From NCBI GenBank assembly GCA_965112155.1, contig OZ218104.1: 64,000 bases of DNA; one strand, written 5' to 3'. This document shows, piece by piece, positions 11,486 through 24,845 of the stretch. Origin of the DNA: Podarcis liolepis (taxonomy: Eukaryota). The translations under genes were made by a program, and so were the position numbers. The notes below the pieces were generated by a model, which saw only the letters and a list, made by a program, of their open reading frames with translations, did no database searches and was not told the origin of the DNA. Each line of letters opens with the position of its first letter. Position 1 is the stretch's first letter.

Positions 11486-11961
11486 TACTTTCACCAGTTT
11501 CCTACACTTCAATCAAAGCCGAGGGGAAGACATGATGTTAACTCCGCCCATGGGAGAAGGCCCAAGCAGCTGGGGAGGCTGCGGAGGGCAGGAGAGATGT
11601 TTAATGGGAAGAAAAACACATCCCACCACAACCCACAGTTACCTCACAAGGATGAGACCTAATGCCAAACCTACCAGAAGTGTGAGGAAATTATAAAGCA
11701 CCCTGTGAAAAAGGCAGAAAAACAAAAGCCTCTTTGGTAAGAGAGACAATTTCAAGAAGTTGCAGAGTCATAACGAGGGCGTAGCATAGGCCTCCAGTTG
11801 TCATGCCACCCCCTGCTCTGGGCCTCCAACAGAAAGGTACAGCCAGGGCACTCAGGAAGGGGCACCTCAGCTGCCACATTCTGTCTAACAGGAGGGCTGG
11901 CCCTGAGGTGAAGGTGGAGTTCAAGACCTTTTGATAGTTGCTTCGCAAGACACAACCTTAC

Positions 11962-12105
11962 CCAATCGGCACTCGGGTAGGATTGACTTTATAGGAGATA
12001 TTTGGAGAGTTGATATTGAGGGAAACACAGGTCCGGTCAATCTCCACGGCTTCCGTTTTCCCTCGATGGGCAAAGTTCAGCTGTTGGCGGGCTTCCTGCA
12101 ACAAG
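11962..12105 (-). CDS. TEKT2: Tektin-2 coding exon 4 (144 nt)
   Basis: (C)LLQEARQQLNFAHRGKTEAVEIDRTCVSLNINSPNISYKVNPTRVPI(G); acceptor catag|, donor |gtaagg. Confidence 0.95.
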
Positions 12106-13397
12106 CTATGAATTAAAAGTGGGGGGGGGGGAGAAAGGGCAGCTATGAAGGGATGCAAGAGAATATTCAGGTGGAAGTCTCCAGATTTATTCCCCTTTCA
12201 TTTTGTTTAACAATCAGCAATGAAAACTCCCATAAATTGTTGGCAGTCAAAAAAGTCTCCCCTCTGTAGCAGAATATATTATCACATGATGGTGCCATTA
12301 ATCCTGAACGCAGCACACACCATATACAAGTGTAGCTGTATATTTTGCCTACAACACAAAGCCCTTGTATCACTGCTAGTTCTTTTAAGAAAAACAGAGG
12401 AATTTATAGTTGCAGAGCAATTACAATCCCCCCAAATCACTTTAAATCTAGGATTGTGTAAACAAGACAATCAGATGCTAAAAGTGAGCTGAATATGATG
12501 GGGAATGAGCCCCCAAGTAATTGGGGGGCTTTGATTATCCCATTTCTTTCTCTGCCAAATAAAAGAAGTTATAAACAATGCAATGGCCTTTCTCTTGGGT
12601 ATGTAATACTAGATGGCATTTCAGCTTGCTTTTTTTTAAACTGACCAAGATATAAAAGGTGTTCTACAAGGTACACTGAAAAACTGTTGCAATGTGGGAA
12701 CCTGAGTTGTCAAATGTCCAGCTAAATTCTAATATCAGCCAGTAAATTTATTATTTTGGGTACTAGAGATAATACTGTTTCAGTGATTCTTAAAAAGTCT
12801 CCCCCTATTGTTTTAGTATTGCTTTTATAATATATAACCCTAGAAGACTTTTCAAAAGGCAGGATATTAACTGACAGCACAATCCCAACCAAGCCAACTC
12901 AGAAGTAAATCTTACGTGAATTTAATGGGGCTTACTCTCAGTTAAGTGGAGTTAGGATTGCAGCCAAAGTAAGTAAATAAATGAAGTATGGCATGCCTTA
13001 CAAGGTTGGTGCAATTATTACTGAAAGAATGTATGTGATGCTCAAATGTGGTGGAAATTTGAAATGCACTGTTGCTACAAACATCTAAGTATTGTTATGC
13101 AGTGCTTTTTTTCTAGAAAAAATGGTGCCAGAAATGGCCACTCTCTGCCTCTTCCCACCACACACCACACCTGCCTCCCTCCCTCCCTCGCCCCCGCAAC
13201 CCCCACCCCAATGTGCACCCTACAAGCCCTTCCCTCACTCATGCCTCCCTTCCAAAGGCTGGCTATGTGTCATTCTGCACCATTAAGACAAGGTTTTTTT
13301 GCACCTCCTCCAGCATCCCACATTGCACTTAACTCAGTTTGATGCCTCAGACACAATACCAATACGTTGTACTTGACCACCAAGTCTTTTGACTCAC

Positions 13398-13603
13398 CAG
13401 AGCTGCTCAAAGGCCTCGCTCACTTTCTGCTGAAGATCTTTCGTAGTAGCATCAATCACCTCCACCTCTTTGTGCAGTTCTTCCTCGACAGGATCCTTCA
13501 CCACATCGATGTCTCGGCGACTTTCCCGCAGAGTGAGATTTTCAATGGCCACATCCAGTTGCAAGTTCTTAGCCTGCAGGGCACGCTCTGCCTCCTCCTT
13601 CAT
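13398..13603 (-). CDS. TEKT2: Tektin-2 coding exon 3 (206 nt)
   Basis: MKEEAERALQAKNLQLDVAIENLTLRESRRDIDVVKDPVEEELHKEVEVIDATTKDLQQKVSEAFEQL; donor gtgagt. Confidence 0.96.
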
Positions 13604-14280
13604 CTGAAGGGAATAAGCAAAAATAAGATAAGGGGTTGACCTCACCTTCCCAACTCCCTCTGTGGGCATCTTGTCAAGTGACATAGGTTTGCTAACCAAT
13701 CAGGTTTCCAATGGGAATGCTTTGCAGGTGGGCCAAGCACATTCTGACACATGGAGATGAAAGCTGGGGTGCTCAGCTTTCATCTCAAAGAGGTCACTGA
13801 ATTTCCTTCCATCTTTAGCATCACAGAAACCATTGGTTACATGCCATCTACTGCACAGAACCACCCAAACCACTTTCTCAGCACACCAAAATTGAGTTGC
13901 ATGACCTTTGCCCTTCATTGCACAATTCATATTATTTGTTCTTCTTCGGTGATCACTCGTAGCCGAGTAAGATTGTCTTCCATGCACACGCTTTTAACAG
14001 TGAATCTGTAAGTGCACATGCACGCACACTCAGCCCAGATAAAAGCATAAATAATCCTTACATGCCACAGAAATGCCAGTGGCCTCCGATGACCTTCATT
14101 CCAATGAAGCCAGATCCAAGGCATGTGCTGGGACCCCCTGAGACCTCCCACCCTGAGAGACTAGGGTGCGCCTAACAATACGTTGTGTGAATTGTTTTCA
14201 TACTTCTGTACACTATCCTAGAATCTCCTGGTGAAATTCAGTTTAGGAACACCATAAATGAGTAAGTCTGCACTACATAC

Positions 14281-14406
14281 TTGAGTCAAGGCATAGATTT
14301 CCGCGTCGATGTCCGTGAGGCATTTGTCCAGAGTTTCCTTCGCTCGATTGACGACTTCGATCCGCTCAAGAAGGCGTGTGCGGTTGTCATATTCATCCCA
14401 TTTTGT
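14281..14406 (-). CDS. TEKT2: Tektin-2 coding exon 2 (126 nt)
   Basis: ccag|ACA AAA TGG... gives TKWDEYDNRTRLLERIEVVNRAKETLDKCLTDIDAEIYALTQ; donor gtatgt. Confidence 0.95.
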
Positions 14407-14918
14407 CTGGAGAGGAGAGAGGCAATGGTTTCAAACCCCCCCCCCTTTCAGAGAGGGCACCAGCAGCATGGTTCTTACAGGAAGAAGGAAGGCTAAGCTC
14501 AAGATTGCCCTTCCTTATCTTGACAAGTTCCTGGCCCATTCTTTAGACATGTACATTTCACACAGACATGCTAGTGTGGAAATTATTTGTGAACAACCTT
14601 TCCTTGGTTTTGTGAGGAAAAGCTGAAACTTCCTTCACTCTACCTTCTCAAAAAGACACAAAAAAACCCCCACAAAAACACACACAATAAAAACCCTCAA
14701 ATGATTAAATTTCAGTTACAATTCAGGATGAACCAATCTGCCAATTTTGGTTCCTCATAATTTCAGAATTTGTATTTCTGTTCTGCCTATTCAGCAATGT
14801 TCCCATACCCTCCTTGCCCCATCCTACCACCACCTCCAGATTTCGGACCCCAAATTATCATTTTAGTTTGTTTGTTTTTGTTTGGAAACACAGAAAAGAA
14901 GCTCAAATACTTGCCCAC

Positions 14919-15074
14919 CTGGTTATTTGTTTCATTGCGAAGAACCCGGCCCTCCTGCCTGATCTGGTGGGATGCCAAGCGCTGTCGCTCAGCATTGGTT
15001 GCAATGAGGTCAAAGTGGGTGCGCCAGTCTGGAAGTGTGTACCTCTGGCCGGGCTTCACACTCAGAGTAGCCAT
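14919..15074 (-). CDS. TEKT2: Tektin-2 first coding exon (156 nt coding; acceptor 12 nt upstream of the ATG)
   Basis: MATLSVKPGQRYTLPDWRTHFDLIATNAERQRLASHQIRQEGRVLRNETNNQ; Kozak GCCATGG. The nine coding exons sum to 1293 nt = 430 aa + stop. Confidence 0.96.
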
Positions 15075-16688
15075 GGCAGCAACATTCTAGGAAAGACAAA
15101 AATGAAGGCAACACATTCAGAGATACTGGACTCAGGGGCCAACATGCTTGCTCAACACTAATGAATAGCAGCCTGCTATTCATCACACTTTTTTTCTGAA
15201 TTACAAGCAAAATTTTTTTTGGGGGGTGACGGTGACTTTTATTTTACTTAACAAAATTTATAGACTGCTTAATAAACAAAATCTAAGTTGCTTGCATAAA
15301 ATAATAGAAAATACTAGAACAAAATAATCAAGCTTTCTAACTCTTGTAATAGTCAGCCTAGCCTCCTAGTGAGGTGATAGCCTTGGTGATGGGCCATTAA
15401 GGAGAGCAAAGGAGGGGCTGTGTGGGAGATGGCAAATGGGTGGATAGAATCACCTCCCTCAACCCGCATGGGAGTTAGAAGGGAAAAGCCAGAAGTGTGT
15501 TATGGGAATTGAAGTACAACATCTGGAGAGCCACATGCTCTTCACCCTTGCTGTAAAATTTGTGACCCACTGAGTCAATAACCCTCCTTGTTTTGCTGCC
15601 TAGCACATGCTCTATTTTTATTTCTGCCCGTTCCTCAATGCTGCTCATGATGGAATGCGTTCTGTTATCTGATCCCTTTTATCCTAACAACAGCCCTGTA
15701 AGATAGATTGGAGCAAGACAGCAAGAAAACCAAGCCCACATTTACCCTATGACAATCCAGAGCAGAGTATGGATTGGAACCCATAGTTCCCCAGTCCTCG
15801 TCCAATAAAACCTCTACACTAATCTGAACCAATTGTGGGCAGCAAAAATTATGTCCAAACTGCTTCTTCTGCAGAGGGGAACATTTTCACCTCCACAGAG
15901 ATTTCAAAGGGGTTCCTGTAACTCTAGCTGATAGGTGCTGATAGCATATATTCAGAGAAGGTTGCTGTGACTTTCACAGTGTCAAATACCTGGTGTCATT
16001 ATGATGTCAGGTGACTGACAGGTGGCTGGCCCCACCCACCTGCAAAGCTTTGTTCTGGTCTATCCCACTGTGGGCAGGTCACAGAAGACAGTTGATAGGC
16101 TGCTTCAGGTGACGTGGGCCAGGGTATTAAAATCCAGGGAGAATGAAGAAAAAGCAAAACCTCTCCGCACTCTCTCTGCTCTAAAGAACTATGCTTTCTG
16201 CTCCTCCTGCCCGAGATTGGTGTGTATTCTGCAACAGCTTACTAGTACCCTGCTTATCCCTCCCTGTTAATGTTAATGGCAGCTGATGAGGTTTCTTCTC
16301 CCACCCTGCTCTATTTGCAAAAATATATTTTTTTTTAATTTAAAAAATCACACACTTTGTTAGACAGCAACATGTAGATGTTTTGGTAGAGCCTGTGAGG
16401 AAGGAGGAGGAGGTGGCGGCAGCATTTGGTTTTGCCAAAATTTATCAGGCTAGCCTAATGAATTGTTGTTACTGGTAGGAGAAAAGGAGGGCACTCTGCC
16501 CAGTAGGAAAAGCTGCAGGTTCAGTAGGAAAAGCTGTGGAAAGATTTTGAACGAAATCACTTAAGACAGAAGTGGGAGGTGGAACAGAAAGTTGACAAAG
16601 TGGATGCAGAACACAATTTTGACTTGCATAAAAAGAAAAAGAGAGATCCCCAACAACAACTGTCTCTACCCTTCCATCATCAACTCAC

Positions 16689-16885
16689 CACTCCTCTTCT
16701 CCAGGCAGGCAGTCCTCCTCTCGGCCTCCGCTTCCTACAACTGCTCTTCTATGTTATCAGCCTGGTTGCTAAGCACGCTTTGTGCCTGTTGCCAGGCAGC
16801 CATTCTCAACAGAAGCCAATCAGATAGAATCCCCCTGCAAGTGTTTACAAAGGGGGTGGGGGAGGGGAAAGCCATGGCAACCTGG
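16689..16885 (-). promoter_or_regulatory. Predicted TEKT2 promoter and non-coding first exon
   Basis: X-box-like motifs at 16765-16776, 16788-16800 and 16868-16881; NF-Y AGCCAATCAG at 16814-16823; minus-strand donor TG|GTGAGT at 16688. Confidence 0.6.
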
Positions 16886-17279
16886 AGATCTGAAAAAGAA
16901 AAGGCTTCAAAGGGCTGGTAAAACTGATTCGATCACAGAAGAGCAGGCTGGGTTACTCTCACCCTGCCCATCCAACTCAGAGGTTACAACAAGGAGCAGT
17001 GGATTTGAGAGGGTCTCAGGGCAATAAATGCCTCCCTAAGTGTATCTGGTGGATTGCCCTGCCGTCTTGGTTTAATCTTGCATATGTGTTTTCAAGTTCA
17101 ATGGAATACACCTAGATAGCATTCCCACCTCCAAAAAAATGTGTTCATCTTCTGCAGAGCTAGTAAAGAGGGTATAGTTTTTTATAAGTAAGGCCTATAT
17201 ATTTTTCATAAGCCCTATATTCCAGCAGTGAAATCATCTTCTACCAAAAGAAAGAATCTTATTAAATTAGGCTTTTCTA

Positions 17280-17880
17280 GATTGGTAGCCAGAGAGGATC
17301 TTGAACATCCATCTGCCTGGAAAGACAATGGAGTGCACCTCCAGGGGTGAAGTCAAACTGCTGTTTTAGCAGCACTGAACTGACCTCCCCAGGGCTCAAG
17401 CCTGGGCAGTGGGTATGGAGTCCCAGGCTGCCCAGATGACAAACTCCTCTTCTTGGGCTCACTGATGTGGTCGAAACAAAAAATAGCAATATGCTTGGCA
17501 CCAGCTCAGATGCAGGAGTCACTGGAAGGAGGTGTACATAGTGCCATCCAGCCATCTTAGGGTCTCCACTCTGGATTTGTGTAGGGTTTACTCCTTAGCC
17601 TTTTCTTCTCCTGGAGATCTCCAGCAAGGCAGTGGAGGTTTAGGATCAGTGGAGGTTTAGGATCAGAGTATTCCTTCTCCTAGGTGGGCTCCCTTCCCAG
17701 GTTGACGAGCCCCATCCCTCACTTCCCTCTACAGCACAAACAAAAATTGCCTTCTTCACCGTTGGACCCACTCTTGGTCTGTCCGCTCAATCCTCCAGAG
17801 CCTGTCTTTGCATGCAGGGTAAGACTCTATCTCACACCAAGGGTTAGAGACCCACCAGTTTCCCCTCACCTAGACTATCG
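17280..17880. mobile_element. Decayed LINE-like fragment (RTE/Vingi-like, family uncertain)
   Basis: Resembles recurrent squamate interspersed repeat sequence (aagacaatggagtgcacctccaggggtgaagtcaaac; cccaggttgacgagccccatc). By-eye call only. Confidence 0.35.
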
Positions 17881-18689
17881 CATGCTAACAACTTCTAGGA
17901 ACCACAGGTGAGAGCTGAGTGCAGGGTGCAGACCAAATGTGGATAACTACCAAAGAAAGAGCATGTGTCCTCCACCAGAAGTACTGCTCCCCCTCCCCTA
18001 ACACCCCATATACCCAAGAATTCAGTATTGGTACAGATATCCAGCCCAACATTGCAGGGAGCTGCCAGAGCCTCAAGAGTCACAAATGCCTTTTACACTG
18101 AGACTCAGAGCTGGCCCAGCCATTAGACAGGGCAAGACCACAGCTTCAGAAGGCAGAACACACACACACTCCTGGTGACACCCCTGTAGGCACCCTGTCT
18201 GCCCTGCTGCCTCCACCAAGTTAACAGGCAAGGGTGTCCATTTTGGATGAGAACTTGCCCAGAATTGATGTGATCTTACCTCAAATTGGCACTGATAGCA
18301 ACGGTGCTTCTCCATCAGTAACGGATGTGCTGTGGCGACAGAGCAGGCCGTGTTGGCAGTGGCAGGAGCAGGCAGATGGTGGCGGGAGCAGCAGTAGCGG
18401 CAGGGCAGGATGGCACTTCCCATTTTGCCTCAAGCTAGTGTGACTGATACATCATGTGTGAGCTGGGCATTCAAAAGTGTGCAATATTCCAGTATCAATG
18501 GTGGTTCTGCGTTTGAAGAGGAACACATAGTTCCATGCTAGAGGACATGCTTGCATGCAGGTCCTAAGTTCAGTCTCCAGTATCGCTAGGTAAAGGAGTA
18601 ACAGGTAATGGGGACAAACCTCTGGCGAGCCACTGACAGAGCAGATAGTACTGAACTAGCCAAGACCAGTCCTGCTCCAACTACACTGG

Positions 18690-19100
18690 CTACCAATGAG
18701 TTTCTTGGCCCAATTCAAACTGCAGCTCAGAACCAAATGGTATGCCTCTCCCCACTCTATGTTTTTCATCTGAGGGTCTTCTCTGTGTGCTCCTCCAATG
18801 GAGAGGTTGAGGGTGGTAACAGAAACATGGGTCTTTTCAGTGGTGGCTCCCTGGTTGTGGAATGCTTTCTCCAGGGAGGCATGCCTGGCGCCATCTCTGT
18901 CTTTTGGCACCAGGCAAATACCCTGTTATTCACCTAGGCCTTTGGAGTTTCTTTGCATATTTTTAGCAGGGTGGGGGCAAGCTGGATTTGCCCTTATATG
19001 CATGTTGTGAGTATTTTAGGATAGTTTAATTCTTGTATCATATCTGTCTTTAGGCTTTGTAAGTTGCTTTGTGTTCCTTTTTGAAGAAAAGGTGACTATA
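18690..19100 (+). mobile_element. Old L2-like LINE 3' fragment
   Basis: ggtcttttcagtggtggctccctggttgtggaatgctttctccagggagg...ttgtaagttgctttg is typical of L2 3' ends. Confidence 0.55.
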
Positions 19101-19931
19101 ATTAGTCTTACCTACCAGAAGCCTGCTTCCTTTGTTCCCGATGAGGAAGGATCAGTTATTGGTTGAACCATGCAAACAGCCTACATAATAGTAACAGTCT
19201 GGAGGCAGTCTGTCTTCTCACCCACTCCCATCTGTGATTGTATGCAACATGTCATTTGGGGTTCTGCAGAGCAAAAATACCTTGATGATTATTATAGGTC
19301 ACTGATGTCCTGCAATTCAGTTTTAGCTTCAAAGTGGCTGGGCTACTAATAACACATGCTAATCAATGGGTGATCAAAGAAGGGTATCCTGATGCACATT
19401 CCTGCAGTGTAGGAGAAGGCTGTGAAGTGGCTTGTGAGTTGTGAGGCCAAGAAACCTGGAAAGGGAGCACTTTTGAATCTGGCCAGGAGATGCACCCTTA
19501 AGCTTTTATGGGGCTAGTTGGCAGAAGGTGCAGGTGCACTGATCTGTGTGCTTGCTTCTGCGGCCTTACACTACCTTGACTGAAGATGTATAATATGACA
19601 ACACAGGTTTCTAGCATTCTTCCTCCAAAAGAATACAGATCTTGTGAAAGCATGGAACTTCCCTCCAGTTAGGTGATGGAACACAGCAAGAGCATTTCCT
19701 TCACATTCACTAATGGCTGTGTGTAATGCCATCGTAAGAGCTTATAATTTTTTTATTTCTTTCTTTAACGAAGCAGTTTTCCAGAATTTGGTTGGTGCAA
19801 CTAGGTGTAAATGATGAAACTGAAACTATGAAGTAAAACCTTAGACATTAAAATTTCTTATTGCTTCCCGTCCCTGACAATCACCATAACCAAAGTCTGG
19901 ACACAAACTTGAATTCTGGAGCAAAAGCGTA

Positions 19932-19937
19932 TTTATT
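19932..19937 (-). terminator. Candidate distal AGO3 poly(A) signal
   Basis: Minus strand reads tgcAATAAAtacgcttttgctccagaattcaagtttgtgtccagactttggttatggtgattgtc: a hexamer followed by a GU-rich DSE. Confidence 0.55.
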
Positions 19938-22900
19938 GCAGTTATTAGTGAAAGTTACACTTCAAACTGAAGCAAAGCAATGCTAAGTAATTGTTTTACT
20001 TAAAAAAAAAAACCCACAACATAGAGTCCTTCCAGTATAGAGAAAGTGGACCAAAACAAAACAAAACAAAACATAAAAAGGAGTGGAATCTGTCACAGAA
20101 AAACAACTTTGGGGACAGATTTGGCTCAGGAGTTCCATGACTGAATTATGTACGGTTACATACTTGTAAGCGACAGAACATTAGACAAGAACAGAAAAGT
20201 GTAACTTCAACTGACAGATATGACAATGTGTTTTGTAACACAATGGATTGACCCCAAAAGATATAACTAGCAACAAGTCTGGGAGAAAACAAAAACAAAC
20301 CCTGCTTGTCCAGTCTTTATCTGTACCCTCAAAGTATTTTAAGGTGAATTCATAACCTAACTGGATATTCAAGACATGGTGACAGAATTTCAGAGGCACT
20401 ACCATGATTTGATACAACATAACACATCAGGTTACGCTAGGAATCAGTGGTGTCCAACCTATTTGGCAAGTGTGCCGTAAATCAAAGTATGAGTACGTAC
20501 GTGGAACCAACTTCCCCACTCCCTCTCCCTCTCCCACCCCCCCCTACAGTGCCTAGATGTTGTTTTCCTCTAGACCAGTCTTCCACAATCTGGTATCCTC
20601 CAGCTGTTCTGAACTATGACTCCTATCAGCCCCAGCCAGCACAGTGGGGATGGCTGGGGCTGATGGAAGTCATATTCCAAAACATCTGCAAGGCACCAGG
20701 TTAGGGAAGGCTGGACTAGTCTATTGAACAGAGGAGCACACAGCATCGCAGTGCTGGCTAGAGAGGCAGCAAGGAGTCCAAGTCCAACTGTCTCAGCCAA
20801 CCTGGACTGCTGTCCACATGTGCCACAAACTTCCTCCTGCTTATACCCTAAGTGGCATGCATGCCACTAACCATGTGCCAAGGCCATTTTATTTATGGCA
20901 AACATTGTTATTTCTATGCAAATGTCAGTCCAGGTTGTTGTTTTTTAAGTATATCATTCTCCTTTTTTCCTCTTCTCCCTTAGCTGGAAAAATTGTCAGA
21001 GAAAATTTAGAAAACACACACACGCACACAAAATCACACTGACAAAAGGTTTGGCAGACTAGGTTTGTGAAGTCCCTCAGAATATCTGCTTCTGTGGCAT
21101 TAAAAGATTGAGACCTATGAGAACGTAAGACCCCTGCTGGATCACGCCCAAGGCCCATCTTGCCCAGCATCTTACAGTGGTCAACCAGATACTTGTGGGA
21201 AGCCTGTATGAAGGAACAGAGTGCAACAGCACTCATGATTCACAGCAGCGGGTAGCCAGAGGCTTCCTGCCCCTGACAGTGGATACACTAACCTCCACCC
21301 TGGAAGTCAAGACAGTTGTGGGGTGGGAAGAAATTTATGCCACTAAAAGCAACAAGGACTTGTGTGCCAATTCAAGAACGCTTGGTCCTTAAGTAGTTAA
21401 GATAGGCTTACAAGAGCCATCCTCTTCCAACGAAGTATGTTAAGAGCCAACCCAAGTCTCACAAAGCTGATGGATATGTAACAAAGTTGAAAATTGTAGA
21501 AGATGACAGGCTGATATTTAACCAAACTGGAAGAAAATGCAAAGATAGCTAAACTTTTGGCAAGGGCAGTAAACTTGGCGGGGGTAAGGAGTGAAGGGAG
21601 CAGTGGACACGCTGCTTCTGGGTTAAAGAGTTAAGTTTCTAAAAACATACTGAAATACAGATTTGTTATATATATATGTATATATATATTTATCTATATT
21701 TTATATAAACCAACCCTCCCACCCTATCCCCAAATAGTTGCAGCTCACATTTGCAATACAAAGAGGCACACACGGTCAAGGTGGTTTAATAAGTAAAAAT
21801 TGTGAAGGCTTTTACCAATGCACTTGCCATCCATCTGTCCACCTGCAGGAAGGCTAACTACAATAGTTCAGGTGCAACAAACTTGCTTGACTTCAGCATA
21901 CTTTTGTTAAAGGGGGCGGGGAGAACCTACAAGAACACCCAGAGATTTCAAACTCATCCTATGCTTCTCTCAGAAAGCAAAACGGCAGTGCCCCACAAAG
22001 CAAGAAGTCATCAGAAATTTACAACCAAGGGCCTTAAGCCGAAGTGCAGCACCAACATGTTCCTAGGAGAATGTGAAACTATAGCTGGCCTACAGCTGGA
22101 TTCTTAAGAAATGTGTCCCTGCAATGGCACACAGAAAAGTGTTGACATCACCAACACAATGCCCCACACAAAGGCAAAAGGGCACCTCCAATCTGCCATG
22201 CTATGTATTTCTTATAGCAGACCAATTGCTCAGTGCAGCCCCAAGCACCTGATGGACCCACAGTGAACGGAATGTCTTGAGGATGGAGCTTACATTTGTC
22301 CCCCTAACTACACACACACAATGTTAATACTATACTGTTACACAGTTTAAACTCTGCCTTATTAAGGAAACTGCTTGAAGGGTCATTTCTCTCATGGATT
22401 TAGCTTCCATTCAGGAATACCTTGCATATACCACCTGTCCCCTGTAACACGAGACCAACATGCATAGGTCCATGTGCAGATGCATGTGGAAAGGATGCAG
22501 CGATTGGCAACAGGTTCTCACTGTGTGTGGATGTGGCCAAATAGACACCCGTGTGCTTGTATACATACAATTCTCTTGGACAGAAGGTACCCATACAGTT
22601 AGCAGTCATGCATCAAAGAGCCCTGTGATCAACCTACATGTCACTGCAAGCTGCCTTCTTCCTGTCGCAATGGACCATCTGTGCCAAGCATGCAGAACCA
22701 AAACCTCATCAACCCCTGCCCCTTAGTGTGGACAAACTGGAAGAGCAATCATCTAGGCCACAAGTCATTTTTTAACATGGTCTGCGGGGACAACCTCAGA
22801 AAACTTGCCTGATCACGACTGTGCAATAAAACATAATTTCAGAATCCATTTTAATTTTCAATGTGTATTGGGGATAATTGTCTTGTGAGAATGGTTGCTA

Positions 22901-24590
22901 ATACATACCTCTCAGGTCTGGTGAAATGGCAAAATGGCAGCTTGCTGTTTAAAACACAACAGCCACTCCCCACAGGTAACTTAATGATTCCACATGTGCA
23001 AATAAATTCATACTCAAGCAAGCCATATCCAACCTGGAGTCCAAACTCCTAGATCAAGTCAAAGCTGAGCTGAGAACAAAATACAGTCTCTAAGAAAGCC
23101 AATAGTCAGAAAAAATGACCCTAAAGTCAAAGCTAGAAAAACATTTTACTAGAAATATTCTACTTTAGCATGTACTGAAATCCCTTAACAATGGTCTTTC
23201 ATAAACTTTGATTCAAAACATTTTTGCGATTTTTGTTTCAGTGACTTAAATTGTGATCTAATTTAGCATATCTGGCATGTGTACACAAAAGTATGCCACA
23301 TTAATTTTATGTATTCTATAAACACATTTTCCCAATATTCAAAAGTAGTAAAACTAAACAATTTTAATCAGGAGGGGAAAAAATCATTAACACAGTCATG
23401 TTCCTAGGGATAATCACCTGAAACAAAAACTTAGTTACACTTTGAAACTAGCATTGTAATCATTCATTGTGTTGCTTATTTTATGAAACTGTATTTTGAG
23501 AAACAACATTCTCCAATACAGAGAACATTCCATGGAGAAATGTCCATGCTACATCAGAGTCCCTTCTAATGAGACTTTTTTGCTACTTGAAAAATGAAAA
23601 ACCTATCATATCACAGGCTTCAAGAAGTTCCATCAAAAAAGCTGGAGATTTGCTTCTCCTAAAATGAGATATTGAATAGGTCTGAACTCACCCACCCCTC
23701 AAAGACACACTGCTTCTGGGAGGAGGAGGAGGAACTGTCAATAGTGCTCATGATTAAAAGTGGAATAGTCTTGCCTTCTGCTGCCTGCATTTCAGAGAGT
23801 ACAGCCTGAAACTTTTCTGAACAAAAAGCTCATTCCTTAAATGTAGACAAACAGATATGACTAGACACAGTTAATACAGTGAGTGAGTAAGTAAAATATT
23901 TATGTTGCTCCTGCTCAAACCTGACATTCAGCAAGCCTCTTGGCCTCAGTGCTTAAGTCTGGAGGACCAGGATGCTAGAGATATAATAGAGGAAGGCCAT
24001 ATTCATGTCCTGCTTGTGAGTTTCCCCGGGGCATTTGATGGAAGTAGAATCTAAACTACCGTAAGTGGGCCTCAATCTGCTCCTGCCAAGCAAGTTTTCT
24101 GTGCCTGAATTTTGCTGTACAATCCATCTTAACAATTCCACTAGTTTGACTCCGTGTGCCCATGGAATATGCATCTATTATTCTCAGCCTCTGCTCCTTT
24201 CCTGCAACCAAAGTTTTCTGACTCTACAACAGCTCTCCTTCATCACCCTGCTCCACTATATTCACCACAACATTCTTACAAGTCCTCATAATCCACCTCA
24301 AAAAGACTACCATCAAGCCGAGTGCACAGCAAGCACAAAGGGACCATAAACAAAGGAATCAGTAAAAATGAGCAACATGAAAGAGAGAAGGCAGATTAGA
24401 TCAGTTCAGGTGACTACCATGACTACATGAATTCTTAGGTAATGGACAGCAGTAACTTTAAAGTCACTTAAACAGATACCCAAAAAATTAATGGGCAGCT
24501 ATTTTAAAAAGCAACATTGTGGACTAGGTATAGGTAAACTGAGATAAATTACTTAACGCCTCACACCAAAGTCCAAAGCCACTGAATTCT

Positions 24591-24845
24591 AAGAGAAGAA
24601 GAAGAAGAGTTTGGATTTGATATCCCGCCTTTCACTCCCCTTCAGGAGTCTCAAAGCGGCTAACATTCTCCTTTCCCTTCCTCCCCCACAACAAACACTC
24701 TGTGAGGTGAGTGGGGCTGAGAGACTTCAAAGAAGTGTGACTGGCCCAAGGTCACCCAGCAGCTGCATGTGGAGGAGTGGAGACACGAACCCGGTTTCCC
24801 AGATTACATGACTACCGCTCTTAACCACTACACCACACTGGCTCT
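24591..24845 (-). mobile_element. Full-length young tRNA-derived SINE (Squam3-like)
   Basis: Minus strand shows A-box tggtgtagtggttaagagc, B-box gggttcgtgtc, core ctgggtgaccttgggccagtcac and a (CTT)n tail. Confidence 0.8.

Noticed and set aside
24770-24845. tRNA gene
   Set aside because: The A and B boxes belong to a SINE head that continues into a SINE body and tail; no full cloverleaf.
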